A stretch of 36,214 bases of DNA from the IMG/VR virus record IMGVR_UViG_3300021964_000211, positions 1 to 36,214 of that record. The stretch is one strand, 5' to 3'. Position 1 is the first letter of the stretch; every line of letters begins with the position of its first letter. The notes beneath the pieces are model-generated. The model was not told where the DNA came from. It saw only the letters and a list, made by a program, of their open reading frames with translations, and made no database searches. Made by a program: the position numbers and the translations under genes. Shown here one piece after another: positions 33,675-36,214 of the stretch. This DNA comes from a virus (lineage: Duplodnaviria > Caudoviricetes).

Positions 33675-35678
33675 ATGGCAGTCAACAAGAATTTTGTAGT
33701 TAAGAACGGCCTTGAGGTTAACAACCAACTTTTATTTGCCGATGCAACGAATAATAAAGTCGGTATTGCAAGTACCCAACCAAATGTAGAACTTGATGTT
33801 CGTGGTGGTATTGCAGCAACGAATACCACCGTATCTGGTGTTGGTACATTCCAGCAAGAACTGAGAGTAGGTGCTGGTATCGCAGGAACAGTATTTACTG
33901 TTCTTGGTAATGATAGTTTGGTTGGTGTTGGTACTTCGGTTCCAGCATATGTTTTAGATGTTAGAGCACCAGTCAGCACTGGACAGACAGCACTGTATGT
34001 TCATGGTGATGCAAGAATTACTGGTGACATCAACATTGATGACATCAATCTAGATTATGCTGAAATCACTCATATGCTTGTGGGTGCTGCATCAACATTC
34101 TCAGGAGACCTTGACATCAATGCAGATATTGATGTTGATGGTACAAGTTTCCTTGATGAACTAGATGTTGCTGGTCTTTCTACATTTAGAAGTAATGTAG
34201 ATATAGATGCAGACGTAGATGTTAATAATAGCGTTTCAATCACTCAAGGTCTTTCAGTAACTGGTATCTCCACCTTTACTGGCCTTGTAGATATTAATGG
34301 TGGTGTTGATGTTACTGGTGTCTCCACCTTCACTGACAATATTGATGCAAATGCAAGCATTGAACTTGCTGGTGGTCTTTCAGTTACTGGAATGTCCACC
34401 TTTACAGGTATTGGAACCTTTGATACTGTTTATGCAACAGAAGCAAGATCAAGAAAATCATATCCACAAGAATTAGAAGTTACTGGCATCTCCAGTCTTG
34501 GCAATGTCAAGATCTTTAGTTCAGGTAATGCTGGTATCATTACAGCAACTGATCCATCAAGTGGAATTGTCACTTATTATGGTGATGGTCAGTTCCTTCA
34601 GAACATTGTTAGTGGTGTAGGTATTGCATCTACTGATCCATCAACTGGTATATCTTCCATTGTTGGTCTTGGTGCCACGATCATTACTTTTGCTGGCCCT
34701 GGTGTTTCAACTGCATATCCAATCACTGTTAATGCAGCATCTGGAATTGCAACGATTCATTTAGAAGGTGGTGGATCTGGTGGTGGTTTTGAAACTTCTA
34801 TTGAAAAGGATTCGTATACAGTAGGAGCTGGTGGATCAGATACATTTACAACATTAAATCCATATACAACTGGATATGTTGACGTATTCATTAATGGTTC
34901 AAGACTTCCTAGTTCTGACTTTACTGAAACGGATAGTACAACAGTCACTCTAAATGATGCTGCAGTAGAAGGTGATGTTGTTGAACTTGTAAACTTTAGA
35001 GTTACTGCAATTACTGGTAATTTTGAAACTCAGATTTATAAGGAAGAATTTACAGTAACGACTGCAACGCAATCGGTATTTGATCTTTCCAGAACTTATA
35101 CTTCTGGATATATTGATGTGTATCTAAATGGTGTTAAATTATCTGCTTCTGACTTTACTGAAACTGATAATGATACAATCACACTTACGACTGCAGCCAA
35201 ACTTGGCGATATTGTAGAGGTTGTTAACTTCAAGAAAAGAGCAATTTCTGATTATGAGAATAAGTGGTTAGACAACCATAATGTATCTGGTATTCATACG
35301 AATGCACCTGTTGGCATCGGAACTTCTGTCCCAACAGCATTTGTTGATATTCATGGTGGATTGAATATTGTTGGACCTACAACTTCAACAAGTTTTGTTG
35401 GAGATCTAACTGGAACAGCATCAACTGCAACATCAGCAGCAACTGCATATAGTTTGGTTGGTATTGCATCACTGGCAACAAATGCACAAGGACTCACTGG
35501 TTCTCCTGATATTTCTGTTTCTAGTATCACTGTCGGAACAGCGATATCTGCATTCTCAAATGGTCTTGAAGTTGCGGGTATTGTTACAGCAACCTCATTT
35601 GTTGGAGATGGTTCAAGTCTTAATAACCTAAATATACCAGCAGGTTTTAATGAACTTGATGCGGCCCTGTTTAACTAA
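33675..35678 (+). CDS. Tail fibre-like / baseplate-associated structural protein
   Basis: MA.NKNFVVKNGLEV start, VGI.ST.P repeats, V.G.STF repeats, two 78-aa VDV..NG..L...DFT repeats and TATSF.GDGS.L motifs. Confidence 0.75.
   Translation: MAVNKNFVVKNGLEVNNQLLFADATNNKVGIASTQPNVELDVRGGIAATNTTVSGVGTFQQELRVGAGIAGTVFTVLGNDSLVGVGTSVPAYVLDVRAPVSTGQTALYVHGDARITGDINIDDINLDYAEITHMLVGAASTFSGDLDINADIDVDGTSFLDELDVAGLSTFRSNVDIDADVDVNNSVSITQGLSVTGISTFTGLVDINGGVDVTGVSTFTDNIDANASIELAGGLSVTGMSTFTGIGTFDTVYATEARSRKSYPQELEVTGISSLGNVKIFSSGNAGIITATDPSSGIVTYYGDGQFLQNIVSGVGIASTDPSTGISSIVGLGATIITFAGPGVSTAYPITVNAASGIATIHLEGGGSGGGFETSIEKDSYTVGAGGSDTFTTLNPYTTGYVDVFINGSRLPSSDFTETDSTTVTLNDAAVEGDVVELVNFRVTAITGNFETQIYKEEFTVTTATQSVFDLSRTYTSGYIDVYLNGVKLSASDFTETDNDTITLTTAAKLGDIVEVVNFKKRAISDYENKWLDNHNVSGIHTNAPVGIGTSVPTAFVDIHGGLNIVGPTTSTSFVGDLTGTASTATSAATAYSLVGIASLATNAQGLTGSPDISVSSITVGTAISAFSNGLEVAGIVTATSFVGDGSSLNNLNIPAGFNELDAALFN
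34788..35234 (+). repeat. Tandem 234-nt (78-aa) intragenic domain duplication
   Basis: FETSIEK...YTTGYVDVFINGSRL..SDFTETD...GDVVELVNFR versus FETQIYK...YTSGYIDVYLNGVKL..SDFTETD...GDIVEVVNFK; units start at 34788 and 35022. Confidence 0.85.
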
Positions 35679-35681
35679 ATA
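35675..35681 (+). promoter_or_regulatory. Late promoter CTAAATA
   Basis: Overlaps the stop at 35676-35678. Confidence 0.6.
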
Positions 35682-35700
35682 ACTAGAAAGAATTCACAAA

Positions 35701-36108
35701 ATGGCACTCAGAAGAACTAAACTATTAGGAATACAAGCAGTGACTGGTATTAATACCGTTGGTATTTTGACGGTTGGTACTACTCCAACTGCTGGGGGTG
35801 TTGGCATTGCATCAACCACTTATCTGCGTGGTGTGGTGATGCATAATACTGGACTTGGAACGGCAACTTCATCACTTTATGTTTATCCAAGTGCTGTTTC
35901 TGTATCTGGTGTAGGCCAAACGGCATATAGATTAGTAAGAGTTGATTTAAATACAAATGAGACTTTCTTTTTTGAGGTAAATTATCCATTGGTTCTTACG
36001 GATCAAGAAAAAATAGTTGTTGAGGTTACACAACCATCGGCTACAGTTGGAGGAGTGGGAGTTGGTAGTGCTATCAACTATCAAATCCTTGGTGATACGG
36101 ATATTTGA
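35701..36108 (+). CDS. Small beta-rich virion-associated hypothetical protein
   Basis: TY.RG...HNT and L...ETFFFE..YPLVL....D.I motifs, in a fibre gene cluster. Confidence 0.7.
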   Translation: MALRRTKLLGIQAVTGINTVGILTVGTTPTAGGVGIASTTYLRGVVMHNTGLGTATSSLYVYPSAVSVSGVGQTAYRLVRVDLNTNETFFFEVNYPLVLTDQEKIVVEVTQPSATVGGVGVGSAINYQILGDTDI

Positions 36109-36119
36109 GGTAATTAGAA

Positions 36120-36214
36120 ATGGGAGCAAGATCTACTGGTAGTCATCCTACATCAACAAAGGCAGACGGACACCTTTTAGAATACTTTAGACAGACTTTT
36201 GGTGCTGGTGGTGG
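36120..36214 (+). CDS. 5' end of the next gene, cut by the window edge; probably a Gly-rich fibre-associated protein
   Basis: GAGGT Shine-Dalgarno upstream; MGARSTGSHPTSTKADGHLLEYFRQTFGAGG stays open to the window edge. Confidence 0.65.
   Translation, partial: MGARSTGSHPTSTKADGHLLEYFRQTFGAGG

Noticed and set aside
100-36129. Numerous 60-160 aa antisense or alternate-frame ORFs in the track
   Set aside because: They are nested in well-supported genes and show no recognisable motifs, as expected for shadow ORFs.
24110-36214. Diversity-generating retroelement or invertible tail-fibre switch
   Set aside because: No reverse transcriptase, invertase, adenine-only-mismatch repeat pair or long inverted repeats were seen by eye; components outside the window cannot be excluded.
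1-36214. CRISPR arrays, rRNA, introns or inteins
   Set aside because: No regularly spaced repeats, rRNA-like sequence, interrupted core genes or intein splice motifs were recognised by eye.

Overview
This window is a segment of a T4-like marine cyanomyophage genome (Kyanoviridae-type), probably infecting Synechococcus or Prochlorococcus; the CP12 gene and the gene order support this. It begins with a replication/late-transcription block (gp33, gp59, a hypothetical gene, gp32), followed by a reverse-strand block (gp53, gp48, gp2, gp4). A forward tail/baseplate module follows: a tube-fold protein, gp26, an untracked gp51, two paralogous tape-measure-like proteins (the second with SleB-like and amidase domains), a gp27-like hub, CP12, a split gp5, a PA14-repeat protein and two chaperone-domain paralogs. 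Next is a small island opened by a sigma70 promoter (small ORFs, tRNA-Leu(UAA), a 3' half-tRNA, a Mom-like DNA-modification gene, a terminator), then large fibre/structural genes. The strongest candidate novelty is a complete -1 ribosomal frameshift signal at the gp26 end: internal SD-like GAGG, slippery T_TTT_TTC, a 7-nt spacer and a perfect 8-bp hairpin. It would fuse gp26 to gp51 directly upstream of the tape-measure-like genes, mirroring lambda gpG/gpGT. A 23-nt non-coding motif repeated 22 kb apart and an orphan half-tRNA also stand out. All product calls come from motif recognition and synteny; no database search was run.
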